A DNA stretch of 64,000 bases from Candidatus Shapirobacteria bacterium (GTDB lineage: Bacteria > Patescibacteriota > Microgenomatia > UBA12405). The notes below the pieces were generated by a model. It worked only from the letters and a program-made list of their open reading frames with translations, searched no databases and was not told the origin of the DNA. The translations under genes were made by a program, and so were the position numbers. The stretch is from contig JAUYJS010000008.1 of the NCBI GenBank assembly GCA_030698565.1, forward strand, positions 289,275-353,274. The letters run 5' to 3'. Position 1 is the first letter of the stretch. Each line of letters starts with the position of its first letter. Shown piece by piece: positions 30,811-39,819 of this stretch.

Positions 30811-32793
30811 TTGTGTCACATTAATATTATAATTATCAAACATATGAAAGAAACCCAAACTAAAACAATAAAAATAATTTTAATTGCTTCCGGAATTCTA
30901 CTTATTTTTGGAGTAGTCGGGTTTTTAACATATCAATATTGGTCTCCTTTAGGTAAAAAAATAACAACTTCAATGAAGCTTCCTGGGGCCAAAGAAGTGG
31001 CTAACATCGACACCACTAGCCCTACGGGTGGTTTCAAACTTCCTAGTCAAGTCATTACCTCTCAAGCCGCTCGTTTTCCCCTCGACATTAAATCTTCCAA
31101 TATTGAAAATATTCATGCCATTATCAAATTCAAAAAAGGGCCAAAGGAAATCAGATTGGGTATTCGGGGTGATGAAAAAGATAAGTATGTCTACAAACCC
31201 TTTTATCAAACATTTATCCAAGATGCCCAAAAATGGGAACAAATCAAGGGAACTAGTAATATTTTGTATCAAAGAAATAAAAAATATGATTCTATCGTTG
31301 ATTTAATCAACACTCCTCCAGACAAAGAAAAAATTGGCGCCTATTTTGTCAATGCCGAAACTTTAGTAAAAAATACTCCTACAAAAATCGAACCCAATAC
31401 TATTATTAACACTTATCTCCGGGGTACCCATACTTTTTATGTTTGGGTCGATTCCGCTCCGTTTACTTTAAAGGTTAGTAAACAAGACATAAATATGTAT
31501 GATGGAGAAGATAAATTGAAAATAGCTGTTTATAAAGAAAATAAAAAAATAACTGAAAAAGAAATTCCTGATGATGGCATGGCAGGCAAGACTTTACTTA
31601 AAAGAGACTCTCAAACCGAAAAGGTTGAATTGACCGATATTACCCCTGGGATTTATCGGGTAGATATTGTTTCAGACAGTAAAGGTGGTGACACTCTTAT
31701 TACCCGTATCGAGACAAATCAACAAAAAATTATTGCCAAAAGGCTGTTTATTTTAGACAAGAAACCGAGCAATATATACACCGACGCCACCAATCTTACT
31801 GCTCAAATTGCCCACAAAGGATATTTGGATTCCATCAAAATCAATGATAAATATGAAATTAAAATTCTCGAAGTCGGCAAAAAAGTAACTACTGATGTAG
31901 AAGCCCTAACTAAATCAAACTATAATAGTAAAAATCTCTACAAAATAAGTTCGGCCAAAAACGATATCGTCTATACAAGCGACAGTTATTTTGCCTTTTC
32001 ACCAGACCAGTTTTTTAATCCGGAAATAATCAAGAAAACAGAACTAAATACCGTTGAAAGTTTGGATGATATTGATTATATCCTCACTACTTTGACACCT
32101 GCTCGTCAGGAAGGGGATTGGCTTGTGTCTGAAATTAATTTCGACCCAAAAGATTTAAATATTACTGGCAACAAATTATATTTTTCCCTGGAAAGTCCTG
32201 AATTAGCTAAATTCGGTGGAGAACTAGAAATAGAAAGCTTCGAAGTTAATATCGATTACACCGGCGCTTTAGAAAAATTTGTCAAAGCACCAATTATTAA
32301 TCCCACACCAGAAAAGAGAGGTTTTGTTGATAAAATAATGGATTTTTTTAAAAATATACTTAAAAAGAACCAGCCAATTACTTCGACAAATACCCCGACT
32401 CCCACAACCACCCTTGCACTAAAAATAACACCAACAGCCATAGCCACACCCAGCACAAAAATTACCCCCACAATTACCGCCACACCAAGTTCCAAATTAA
32501 CACCAACCTCCACCACCAATAAATCCGTAAAAATTAAAGTTCTAAACGCCGGGGCGTCCGCTGGCGCCGCCGCTCGTTATGCCACACTATTGAAGACTGC
32601 TGGTTACTCGAACACCGAAGCCGGAAATTATGATGGCAGCGATATAAAAAATTGCACAATCACTTATCCGGAAAAATATATTTCAACAGCTACTGATATT
32701 GAAAAAATTTTAAAAACCGAATACAAAACCGTAAACCGGGCGATTAATTATAAGGACGATCAAATTACTATCAATATCGGCGCCATTAATTAA
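30811..32793 (+). CDS. Membrane-anchored extracellular protein with a Thr/Pro-rich linker and a C-terminal LytR_C-like domain
   Basis: N-terminal TM, large ectodomain, TPTPTTT...TPTITATP linker, and C-terminal VKIKVLNAGASAGAAARYATLLKTAGY (LytR_C-like). Confidence 0.55.
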   Translation: MCHINIIIIKHMKETQTKTIKIILIASGILLIFGVVGFLTYQYWSPLGKKITTSMKLPGAKEVANIDTTSPTGGFKLPSQVITSQAARFPLDIKSSNIENIHAIIKFKKGPKEIRLGIRGDEKDKYVYKPFYQTFIQDAQKWEQIKGTSNILYQRNKKYDSIVDLINTPPDKEKIGAYFVNAETLVKNTPTKIEPNTIINTYLRGTHTFYVWVDSAPFTLKVSKQDINMYDGEDKLKIAVYKENKKITEKEIPDDGMAGKTLLKRDSQTEKVELTDITPGIYRVDIVSDSKGGDTLITRIETNQQKIIAKRLFILDKKPSNIYTDATNLTAQIAHKGYLDSIKINDKYEIKILEVGKKVTTDVEALTKSNYNSKNLYKISSAKNDIVYTSDSYFAFSPDQFFNPEIIKKTELNTVESLDDIDYILTTLTPARQEGDWLVSEINFDPKDLNITGNKLYFSLESPELAKFGGELEIESFEVNIDYTGALEKFVKAPIINPTPEKRGFVDKIMDFFKNILKKNQPITSTNTPTPTTTLALKITPTAIATPSTKITPTITATPSSKLTPTSTTNKSVKIKVLNAGASAGAAARYATLLKTAGYSNTEAGNYDGSDIKNCTITYPEKYISTATDIEKILKTEYKTVNRAINYKDDQITINIGAIN

Positions 32794-32801
32794 TAGGAAA
32801 A

Positions 32802-33773
32802 ATGAAAATTGTTATCATTCTGCTAAAGCAATTATTTACATTTTCACTGGTTTTTTATTTGATTCTTTTTCTTTTGGAAACACTTTTTCCCGGTTTTGTC
32901 TCTGATGTTTTTTCATTGAATTGGGTTCTGGGAGGCGTACTGATATTGGGGATAATCTCGGCTTTTTTACCCGAAGATGAAGATCAAACCGAACAAGACA
33001 ATCAAAACAATAAGCCAGCCATTTTTGATTATGTTTTTGCAGTTGCTTTGGGAATAATTGGCGCCACTTTGATTTTCTGGAAAGTTAAATTAGACAATGA
33101 ATATCTTCACTGGTTAATCAGTGCCTTATCGGGTCTTTTAATTATGTTTATGGGAGTAATCGTTTTAATAATGCCCGACCAAGACGAAGAAGCTGAAATA
33201 ATAGTTGAAAGCGAAGCTGATTGGAAATATCAAATTAAAAATTTAAATTTTAAAAAATTATTAGTTTCCAAGATTCAATTGCCAGTCAGTTTTGTAGTTA
33301 TTTTTATTCTTCTGACCAGTTTGTTTATTATCCAAAAACCAAAAACCAAATTGGTGGTTCAAAATATTAACCCAGTTACACCCATACCCAATGTTTCCGA
33401 AACCCCAACTCCTACTCAAAAAGAATTACCTCCGGTTGACCCTGCACTGAAAATATTTGTTATCAATGGCGGCGCCGAAAAAGGCGAGGCCAAAAGAATA
33501 GCTTCAATTTTTACCAAAAAAGGTTATAAAAACGTCGAGGCGAAAGACAGCCCAAAGCAAGACTATAAAGATACTATAATTGAATTTACCGCCGCAGAAT
33601 CTGCCCAAGCCGATATTGTCGAAGATGTTATGATGGAACAATATTTTATTGTTAATAGGTCGCCACTAGCTACCGACTCAGCCCAAATAAATGTCATACT
33701 TGGTGCTCAAGCCATGCCCGAAGACGATTCTTTGCCCAATCCCGACGAAAATTTCGATTTCTTTTTCAACTAA
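32802..33773 (+). CDS. Polytopic membrane protein with a Thr/Pro linker and a C-terminal LytR_C-like domain
   Basis: Four N-terminal TM segments, a TPTPTQKELPP linker, and C-terminal LKIFVINGGAEKGEAKRIASIFTKKGY. Confidence 0.55.
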   Translation: MKIVIILLKQLFTFSLVFYLILFLLETLFPGFVSDVFSLNWVLGGVLILGIISAFLPEDEDQTEQDNQNNKPAIFDYVFAVALGIIGATLIFWKVKLDNEYLHWLISALSGLLIMFMGVIVLIMPDQDEEAEIIVESEADWKYQIKNLNFKKLLVSKIQLPVSFVVIFILLTSLFIIQKPKTKLVVQNINPVTPIPNVSETPTPTQKELPPVDPALKIFVINGGAEKGEAKRIASIFTKKGYKNVEAKDSPKQDYKDTIIEFTAAESAQADIVEDVMMEQYFIVNRSPLATDSAQINVILGAQAMPEDDSLPNPDENFDFFFN

Positions 33774-33780
33774 AAAATAA

Positions 33781-33854
33781 CGCCCTCTACAACCTGTCAA
33801 TTTTTTTAAAAAATCACATCCACATTGTAGGGGCGATTCATGAATCGCCCCTAC
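33781..33854. repeat. REP family B cluster: degenerate half-site CGCCCTCTACAACC (33781-33794) plus a perfect 28-bp palindrome GTAGGGGCG-ATTCATGAAT-CGCCCCTAC (33827-33854)
   Basis: Same 9+10+9 architecture and 5' GTAG as the family A REPs. A CGCCCCTACAATG half-site recurs at 45025-45037 beside the RAYT gene. Confidence 0.5.
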
Positions 33855-34601
33855 CTGTTTGTTACCTGTAATCTGAAAAATGCAATTTGTTTTTACACAG
33901 ACGGGTCGCGACCTGTAAAACAAATTCGTCGTTTTTGGGATGAAAATCAACCGTACGATAAAATCGTACGGTTAAAATTAATTGCATCCGATGGCAAAAT
34001 ACGTTTTACTGACTGTGCTGACACAGAAACAATTTTTCGTTTAATTCAATCAATTCCTTCACCTAAGGCCGAACCGTTTAAATTATGGTTGGCCAAAGTT
34101 GGCCACGAAAGGTTAAAAGAAATTGTAGATCCAGAAATTTCCCTAAACAGAGCTAGGGAAAATTGGAAATCAATGGGACATTCGACGAAATGGATTGAAC
34201 AAAGAATGCGAGGTCAAGAAATAAGAAATAAATTAACTGATTATTGGGCTAACCATAAAATTGAGGAGCAAGAAGAATTTGCCATTCTCACAAACATAAT
34301 TCACAAAGAATGGACTGGTCTAACAGTCAAAGAACATAAAAATTTAAAAAATCTCAAAGGTCATAATTTACGAGATAATATGACCGACGCTGAATTACTA
34401 TTTACTTCCCTGGCCGAACTGACTACACACAAAATAGCGGAGAATGAAAAAGCAATTGGTTTTAATAAAAATGCCATTTCTGCCCAAAAAGGTGGCCGTT
34501 ATACCAAAAAAGCTAAGGAAAATTTTGAAAAATTAACCAACAGTAAAGTAATAAATAAACAAAACTATTTACCATCAAAAAACATTAAAAAGATTAAATA
34601 A
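33840..34601 (+). CDS. DinD-like / Bro-N-family DNA-damage-inducible protein
   Basis: C-terminal half aligns with E. coli DinD (KNLKGHNLRDNMTDAELLFTSLAELTT vs KGLKKNQKILDHMGSTELAANLFRATQT). The ATG lies inside the REP-B loop. Confidence 0.5.
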   Translation: MNRPYLFVTCNLKNAICFYTDGSRPVKQIRRFWDENQPYDKIVRLKLIASDGKIRFTDCADTETIFRLIQSIPSPKAEPFKLWLAKVGHERLKEIVDPEISLNRARENWKSMGHSTKWIEQRMRGQEIRNKLTDYWANHKIEEQEEFAILTNIIHKEWTGLTVKEHKNLKNLKGHNLRDNMTDAELLFTSLAELTTHKIAENEKAIGFNKNAISAQKGGRYTKKAKENFEKLTNSKVINKQNYLPSKNIKKIK

Positions 34602-34680
34602 TCTCCAGTAAATCTAGAAATCAGACAAAATATAATCAAGGGCAATTAATAAAAATAACAGTATGTTATAGTGAAAAGTA

Positions 34681-36063
34681 ATGATATTTTGGATACTCAT
34701 TTTTTTTCTAGGTCTTAGACTCTATCCCTATTTTTTTTCCTCTCTTCCCCTCGGTTACGACGCTGGACTTTATTTATATTTGTTCAAAAAATTTTCATTG
34801 TTTTCTGTCTTTTCTTTTACCTCACTGCCCTCATGGCTAATCGAATCCTTTCAACCAGGCATAGCTTTTATTTCTCGTTTTTTGGATAATTTTATTTCTC
34901 CAGAAAAGCAATTAATCCCTTTAATTGTTTTTTTTAACGCTCTACTTTTATTTTCTATCTATTTATTTTCCAAAAAACTTTGGAACAATAAAACCGCTCT
35001 TTGGACAGCTTTAATCTTTACTTGTTCGGCCATTCAATATCGATTTTATTGGTATTTTTATCTAAAAAATATCGCCTCCCTATCCTTTCTGTTTTTTGCC
35101 TTCACTCTTTTTTTATCCCAATCATATTGGGCCTTAATTTTTACGATTTTAGTGGCTTATTTTCACCAGCAAACCGCCGTTTTTATGCTACTTATTATAT
35201 TATTTTTAGCAATTTTTCAAAAAAAACAACGCATTTATTATTCAACAATTTTTGTTGGTACCATAATAGCCGCTTTTCCCTATTATTTTAGTACCTTCAA
35301 CAATAGTCTTTTGCCTCTAATTCAACCAATTTTAAATGGATTTAAACCGCAAGCCCTGGGCGGTACCTTAGGTATTCCTTCTGGTACTTTTTATAATTTT
35401 TATACATCATTACTATTATCTCTGCCTTATTTAATTCCCGGAATTTATGGTTTTTTTGTTCTTATTCGACAACCCAAATATTATTTAATTACTATTCCTT
35501 TTTTAATCACATCAGCCATCGTTATTTTTAATTTATTTTTTGCCCGTCGCTTCATTCCTTTTTGGGATATATTTTTAATTATTTTAGCCGGTTATGGAAT
35601 CACTAAATTTTTTGATGATCGTAAATCCTTATTTTCAAAAAAAATATTTTCTTTTTTATATATAGCCGGTATATTAATTTTTATCTCTATTTTTATTTAC
35701 AAAACAGGCAAGCCATTAATTGATCCCGAGGAAATCACAGAGATAAGCCAATTAAACGAAACCGAAAACAATGCTTCCATTTTAGTCACCGATGAAAAAT
35801 ATACTTCTTGGGTTTATGGCTGGTCAAATCGCACCACAATTGCGCCTGGTTTTGGGGAGAATGATATATATTGGACCGAAAACGATTGGCAACAATTTTG
35901 GCTGAGTGATGATAGGCAAATTGAAAAAAATCTTTTATTAAAACTTCCCAAACCACTCTATATATATAATGGTGACCGCCGTCGTCAAATTAAAACCACA
36001 TTTGAAGGGGACTGTTTTGAAAGAATTAATTGGCGGACCTATAAATTCATTTGCGATAATTAG
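34681..36063 (+). CDS. Polytopic membrane protein (possible GT-C-type glycosyltransferase)
   Basis: 460 aa with more than 10 hydrophobic segments and a hydrophilic C-terminal roughly 100 aa. Confidence 0.55.
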   Translation: MIFWILIFFLGLRLYPYFFSSLPLGYDAGLYLYLFKKFSLFSVFSFTSLPSWLIESFQPGIAFISRFLDNFISPEKQLIPLIVFFNALLLFSIYLFSKKLWNNKTALWTALIFTCSAIQYRFYWYFYLKNIASLSFLFFAFTLFLSQSYWALIFTILVAYFHQQTAVFMLLIILFLAIFQKKQRIYYSTIFVGTIIAAFPYYFSTFNNSLLPLIQPILNGFKPQALGGTLGIPSGTFYNFYTSLLLSLPYLIPGIYGFFVLIRQPKYYLITIPFLITSAIVIFNLFFARRFIPFWDIFLIILAGYGITKFFDDRKSLFSKKIFSFLYIAGILIFISIFIYKTGKPLIDPEEITEISQLNETENNASILVTDEKYTSWVYGWSNRTTIAPGFGENDIYWTENDWQQFWLSDDRQIEKNLLLKLPKPLYIYNGDRRRQIKTTFEGDCFERINWRTYKFICDN

Positions 36064-36073
36064 CCGCTTATTC

Positions 36074-36082
36074 TGCTATAAT
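36074..36082 (+). promoter_or_regulatory. Extended -10 TGCTATAAT upstream of nusA
   Basis: Exact TGnTATAAT 32 bp upstream of the nusA ATG. The identical 9-mer recurs upstream of rpsO. Confidence 0.35.
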
Positions 36083-36113
36083 ATTCAAGTTTATTGAATA
36101 AAATTTAAATAAA

Positions 36114-37118
36114 ATGGATCTAAAAAAATTACCTAAAACTGAATTCGCAGTCGCAGTTGCTCAAATTGCCGGCGAGAGAAATATCGACGTCCAATCAATA
36201 TTGGATTCAATTGAAATGGGATTAATTTCTGCTTACAAACGCGATCAAAAAGAGCACGGTGTGATTATTGCTGAAGAAGAACAATTTACCGTAGAATTAG
36301 CTCCAGAAACTGGTTCTTTCAAAGTTTACAATATAAAAGAAGATGGTAAAAAAACAGATGTAACTCCTCCTGGCTTTGGTCGCATCGCCGCCCAAACTGC
36401 CAAACAGGTAATTGATCAAAGAATTCGCGAAGTTGAAAAGGAAGTAATTATTACTGAGTTTGAAAAGAAAGTCAGTAATTTAATTATTGGAGTTATCTTG
36501 CGCGCTGATCCTTATAAACTTACTGTTGGTATTGGTAAAACCGAAGGTATTTGTCCCAAAGACGAACAAATCAAAGGTGAAATGTTACCCCTCGGATCCA
36601 AAAAACTTTTCTTATTAAAAGGCATCGTCAAAGACGAAATGGAAAAAAGCGAAATAATTTTATCCAGAAGGGATCCTGAATTTGTTAAGCAATTATTTGT
36701 TCGCGAAGTTCCAGAAGTTGGTAGTGGCTCGGTAACTATTGAAAAAATTGCCCGATCTGCTGGCGAAAGAACTAAAGTTGCTGTGTCTTCGCAACAACCA
36801 GGAGTTGATCCTGTTGGTTCATGTATTGGTCAAAAAGGCAGTAGAATTCAATCAATTTTAAGCGAATTGCCTTCAGATGAAAAAGTCGACGTAGTTGCTT
36901 ATTCTCCAAATATCAATCAATTCATTATTCAATCTTTGTCTCCAGCTCAAAACGTAAAAGTAGAATCAATTAAAGACGGTGTTGCTATGGTTTCGGTTCC
37001 TGAAAATCAATTGGCATTAGCTATTGGTGGTGGTGGGGAAAATGTTCGGTTAGCTGGTTTGTTAACTGATTTGGAAATCAAAATTATTCAGGCCCAAGAA
37101 CCTGTTGCCAGCAAATAA
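36114..37118 (+). CDS. nusA: Transcription termination/antitermination factor NusA (short, no AR repeats)
   Basis: N-terminus KTEFAVAVAQIAGERNIDVQSILDSIEMGLISAYKR, S1 and KH regions, position before infB. Confidence 0.9.
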   Translation: MDLKKLPKTEFAVAVAQIAGERNIDVQSILDSIEMGLISAYKRDQKEHGVIIAEEEQFTVELAPETGSFKVYNIKEDGKKTDVTPPGFGRIAAQTAKQVIDQRIREVEKEVIITEFEKKVSNLIIGVILRADPYKLTVGIGKTEGICPKDEQIKGEMLPLGSKKLFLLKGIVKDEMEKSEIILSRRDPEFVKQLFVREVPEVGSGSVTIEKIARSAGERTKVAVSSQQPGVDPVGSCIGQKGSRIQSILSELPSDEKVDVVAYSPNINQFIIQSLSPAQNVKVESIKDGVAMVSVPENQLALAIGGGGENVRLAGLLTDLEIKIIQAQEPVASK

Positions 37119-37152
37119 CCTTTAAAACGACTGTTACTTTCAGCCGTCAGAA

Positions 37153-37172
37153 GACCCAGCCGCAGCTGGGTC
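37153..37172 (+). promoter_or_regulatory. Hairpin GACCCAGC-CGCA-GCTGGGTC in the nusA-infB spacer (possible attenuator or processing site)
   Basis: Perfect 8-bp stem with the same CGCA loop as the terminator at 19848. Followed by AATTTATTACTTT, only weakly U-rich. Confidence 0.35.
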
Positions 37173-37194
37173 AATTTATTACTTTAATTAAATT

Positions 37195-38643
37195 ATGGAA
37201 GTAAAAACGACTATTAAGCTTCGTCCGCCAATTGTAGCAGTCATGGGTCATATCGATCATGGTAAAACTTCACTTTTGGACAAAATCAGATCTACCAATA
37301 TTTGGCGAAAAGAAGCCGGTGGAATTACTCAGCACATCGGCGCCTATCAGGCCGTAGTCAAACAAAAAGACAATCAGGACAAACTAATTACTTTTATCGA
37401 TACTCCCGGCCATGCCGCTTTTATCAATATGCGCGCTCGCGGTGCCAAAGTTACCGATCTTGTAGTTTTGGTAATTGCTGCCACCGAAGGTGTCATGCCC
37501 CAAACTAAAGAATGTTTAGATCATATTAAAAGAGCTAATCTACCTTTCATCGTTGCTATGAATAAAATGGATCTCGACGGTGCTTTGCCCGATAAAGTAA
37601 AAGGTCAATTGGTTGAGTTGGGTTACACTCCCGAAGAATACGGTGGTCAAATTCCCATAATTCCAGTCTCGGCCAAAACAGGCAAAGGTATCGAAGAGCT
37701 TCTGGAACTAATCTTACTTCATGCCGAAATTATGGAATTAACATCAGAAGTTGAATCACCCATGGAAGCAGTTGTTATCGAATCCAGATTAGATAAAGCT
37801 AAAGGTCCGGTTGCCTCAGCTATTGTTAGAAAAGGAATTCTTCATTTAGGCGACATAGTTTATGCCGAAAATATCAGTGGCAAAGTCAAAGCATTGGTCG
37901 ATTTTACCGGCAAGAATATAAAAGAAGCCCCACCTAGCACTCCAGTAGAAATTTTGGGTTTTGAAAAGCCACCAGTTGTTGGTAGTGTTATCTCTTTAGA
38001 AAAAACAGAATATAAGCCGCCAGAAAACAAAGTTGAACCAATTAAAGTAGCTTCTAATTTAGAAGAAGAGCCTAAGCTTCGGGTTATTATCAAAGCCGAT
38101 GTCGAGGGTACTCTCGAGGCATTAATGAATAGTTTTAGTGATGATGTTCAGGTAATTTTGTCCGGTGTTGGCCCTGTCTTAGATAATGATATCTTTATTG
38201 CCGAAACTTCCAAGGCTGAAATTTTTGCCTTCAATGTTCAAGTGCCCAAATTTATTCAAAAACTAGCTGAAAATCAAAAAGTTAAAATCTTTGAGTCCAA
38301 AATAATCTATGAAATCATTGAAAATATTCAGACTCAAGTATTAAAACTCCTAGAGCCAACCATAGATGAAAACATTACTGGTGAAGGTGAAATTATCGCT
38401 GAATTTAAAATTGAAAAAGTTCGCATTGCTGGTATTCATTGCACCAAAGGTGAACTGAACAAAGGGGACATGATTCATTTAAAAAGAGACGGTAAAATTA
38501 TAAAAGATACTAAAATAGAAGGTATTCATCAAGCCAAACAAATCATCGAAAAGGTGAAGGTTGGTGCCGAATGTGGCATCACTTTTAAGCCTTATGTTGA
38601 TTTTAAACTAAACGATGTTATAATAGCCTATAACAAGTCTTAA
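37195..38643 (+). CDS. infB: Translation initiation factor IF-2 (G domain to C-terminus; N-terminal domains absent)
   Basis: [21 protein letters not shown] and NKMD GTPase motifs; 482 aa. Confidence 0.9.
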   Translation: MEVKTTIKLRPPIVAVMGHIDHGKTSLLDKIRSTNIWRKEAGGITQHIGAYQAVVKQKDNQDKLITFIDTPGHAAFINMRARGAKVTDLVVLVIAATEGVMPQTKECLDHIKRANLPFIVAMNKMDLDGALPDKVKGQLVELGYTPEEYGGQIPIIPVSAKTGKGIEELLELILLHAEIMELTSEVESPMEAVVIESRLDKAKGPVASAIVRKGILHLGDIVYAENISGKVKALVDFTGKNIKEAPPSTPVEILGFEKPPVVGSVISLEKTEYKPPENKVEPIKVASNLEEEPKLRVIIKADVEGTLEALMNSFSDDVQVILSGVGPVLDNDIFIAETSKAEIFAFNVQVPKFIQKLAENQKVKIFESKIIYEIIENIQTQVLKLLEPTIDENITGEGEIIAEFKIEKVRIAGIHCTKGELNKGDMIHLKRDGKIIKDTKIEGIHQAKQIIEKVKVGAECGITFKPYVDFKLNDVIIAYNKS

Positions 38644-38682
38644 GTTATACAAAAGACTTTTTCTAATTGGAGCAGGCCAAAT

Positions 38683-39450
38683 ATGAAAAACTATAATGTT
38701 GATTCCATCAAAAACTTACTTACCAACGCTAAAACAGCATTAATTGCGGTTCCCCAGATGAACGTGGATAGTATCGGTGCTGCTTTGAGCTTAGCCCTAT
38801 CTCTCAAAAAATCTAAAAATATAAATGTTAAAGTTTTTTGTCCTCAAAAACCGGACGCTAATTATTCTAAATTAAGTGGCTTGGATCTTTTGACCGACAC
38901 TTTTCAAATTAACGACTTTGTAATTTCTTTAAATTATCCCTCGGAACAAGTTGAATTTGTAACTTATAACGATGATGGCGGTAAATTAAATTTTGTAATT
39001 AAAACCAAACCAGACGCTCCCAAAATTGAAAACGACAAAATCGTTCTCAACAACGAAAGTTCCGCCGACATTTCATTTATGCTCGGTGACGAAAGCTCAC
39101 TTAGTGCCAACAGTGGCATGGTCAACAAAGGTAATTGGGTATTTGTTTCTCCAATCAATGTGTCCAAGTCTTGGGCCAAAGCCTCAATTATCGATGCCGA
39201 CGCTCCTTTTTCTGAAATTTTCACTTTTTTAATTCCTATGTTGGATCTTAAGTTAGATACCGAATCCGCCAAGGATTTGTTGATCGGACTTAGAGTTGCT
39301 ACTCAATCTTTTTCTGTCAATGTTTCTCCTGAAACATTTGAAGCTGGAGCGGTTTGTCTCCGGGCTACCCAATCAAACGATATTACCAGTCAAATAAATA
39401 CTACTCCCATAGAAGCGGTTGAAAAGCCATCCTCTGTCTCCGCGATCTAA
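38683..39450 (+). CDS. Hypothetical protein, possibly a degenerate DHH-family (NrnA-like) domain
   Basis: N-terminus IAVPQMNVDSIGAALSLALSLKK resembles DHH motif I but lacks the catalytic Asp/His residues. It occupies the slot where rbfA/truB usually sit. Confidence 0.4.
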   Translation: MKNYNVDSIKNLLTNAKTALIAVPQMNVDSIGAALSLALSLKKSKNINVKVFCPQKPDANYSKLSGLDLLTDTFQINDFVISLNYPSEQVEFVTYNDDGGKLNFVIKTKPDAPKIENDKIVLNNESSADISFMLGDESSLSANSGMVNKGNWVFVSPINVSKSWAKASIIDADAPFSEIFTFLIPMLDLKLDTESAKDLLIGLRVATQSFSVNVSPETFEAGAVCLRATQSNDITSQINTTPIEAVEKPSSVSAI

Positions 39451-39455
39451 ATTCA

Positions 39456-39464
39456 TGCTATAAT
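39456..39464 (+). promoter_or_regulatory. Extended -10 TGCTATAAT upstream of rpsO
   Basis: Exact 9-mer match to the nusA promoter element, about 77 bp upstream of the rpsO ATG. Confidence 0.35.
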
Positions 39465-39540
39465 AACCACCGTAACTATTGACTGGTTAAGCAGTAGCCA
39501 TTCTGCTTTATTATTTTTTACCAGTTTATAGCTAAATTTT

Positions 39541-39810
39541 ATGGCATTAACCAAAGAAGAAAAACAGGAGATACTTAAAAAGTTTTCCCAAGCAAAAGAC
39601 GATACCGGTTCCCCGGAAATTCAAATTGCTATTTTAAGCAAGGAAGTCGAGAAATTACAACAGCATTTGACTGAAAATAAACACGATTCTCCCGCCAAAA
39701 GAGGAATTTTAACTAAAATTGCCAAAAGACGACGCTTATTGCGTTATCTTTCAATTCACACAGTCGACAGATATAATAAAGTTATAAAAGAATTAGGTCT
39801 TAAAAAATAA
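39541..39810 (+). CDS. rpsO: 30S ribosomal protein S15
   Basis: 89 aa, LTKEEKQEILKKF...RRLLRYL. Confidence 0.95.
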   Translation: MALTKEEKQEILKKFSQAKDDTGSPEIQIAILSKEVEKLQQHLTENKHDSPAKRGILTKIAKRRRLLRYLSIHTVDRYNKVIKELGLKK

Positions 39811-39819
39811 GGGATTTTT

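Noticed and set aside
32390-32520. Near-repetitive ACC/ACA/CCA-rich DNA (Thr/Pro linker of the 30811 protein) considered as a possible DGR variable or template repeat
   Set aside because: No reverse transcriptase and no second template copy in the window. It is a simple low-complexity linker.
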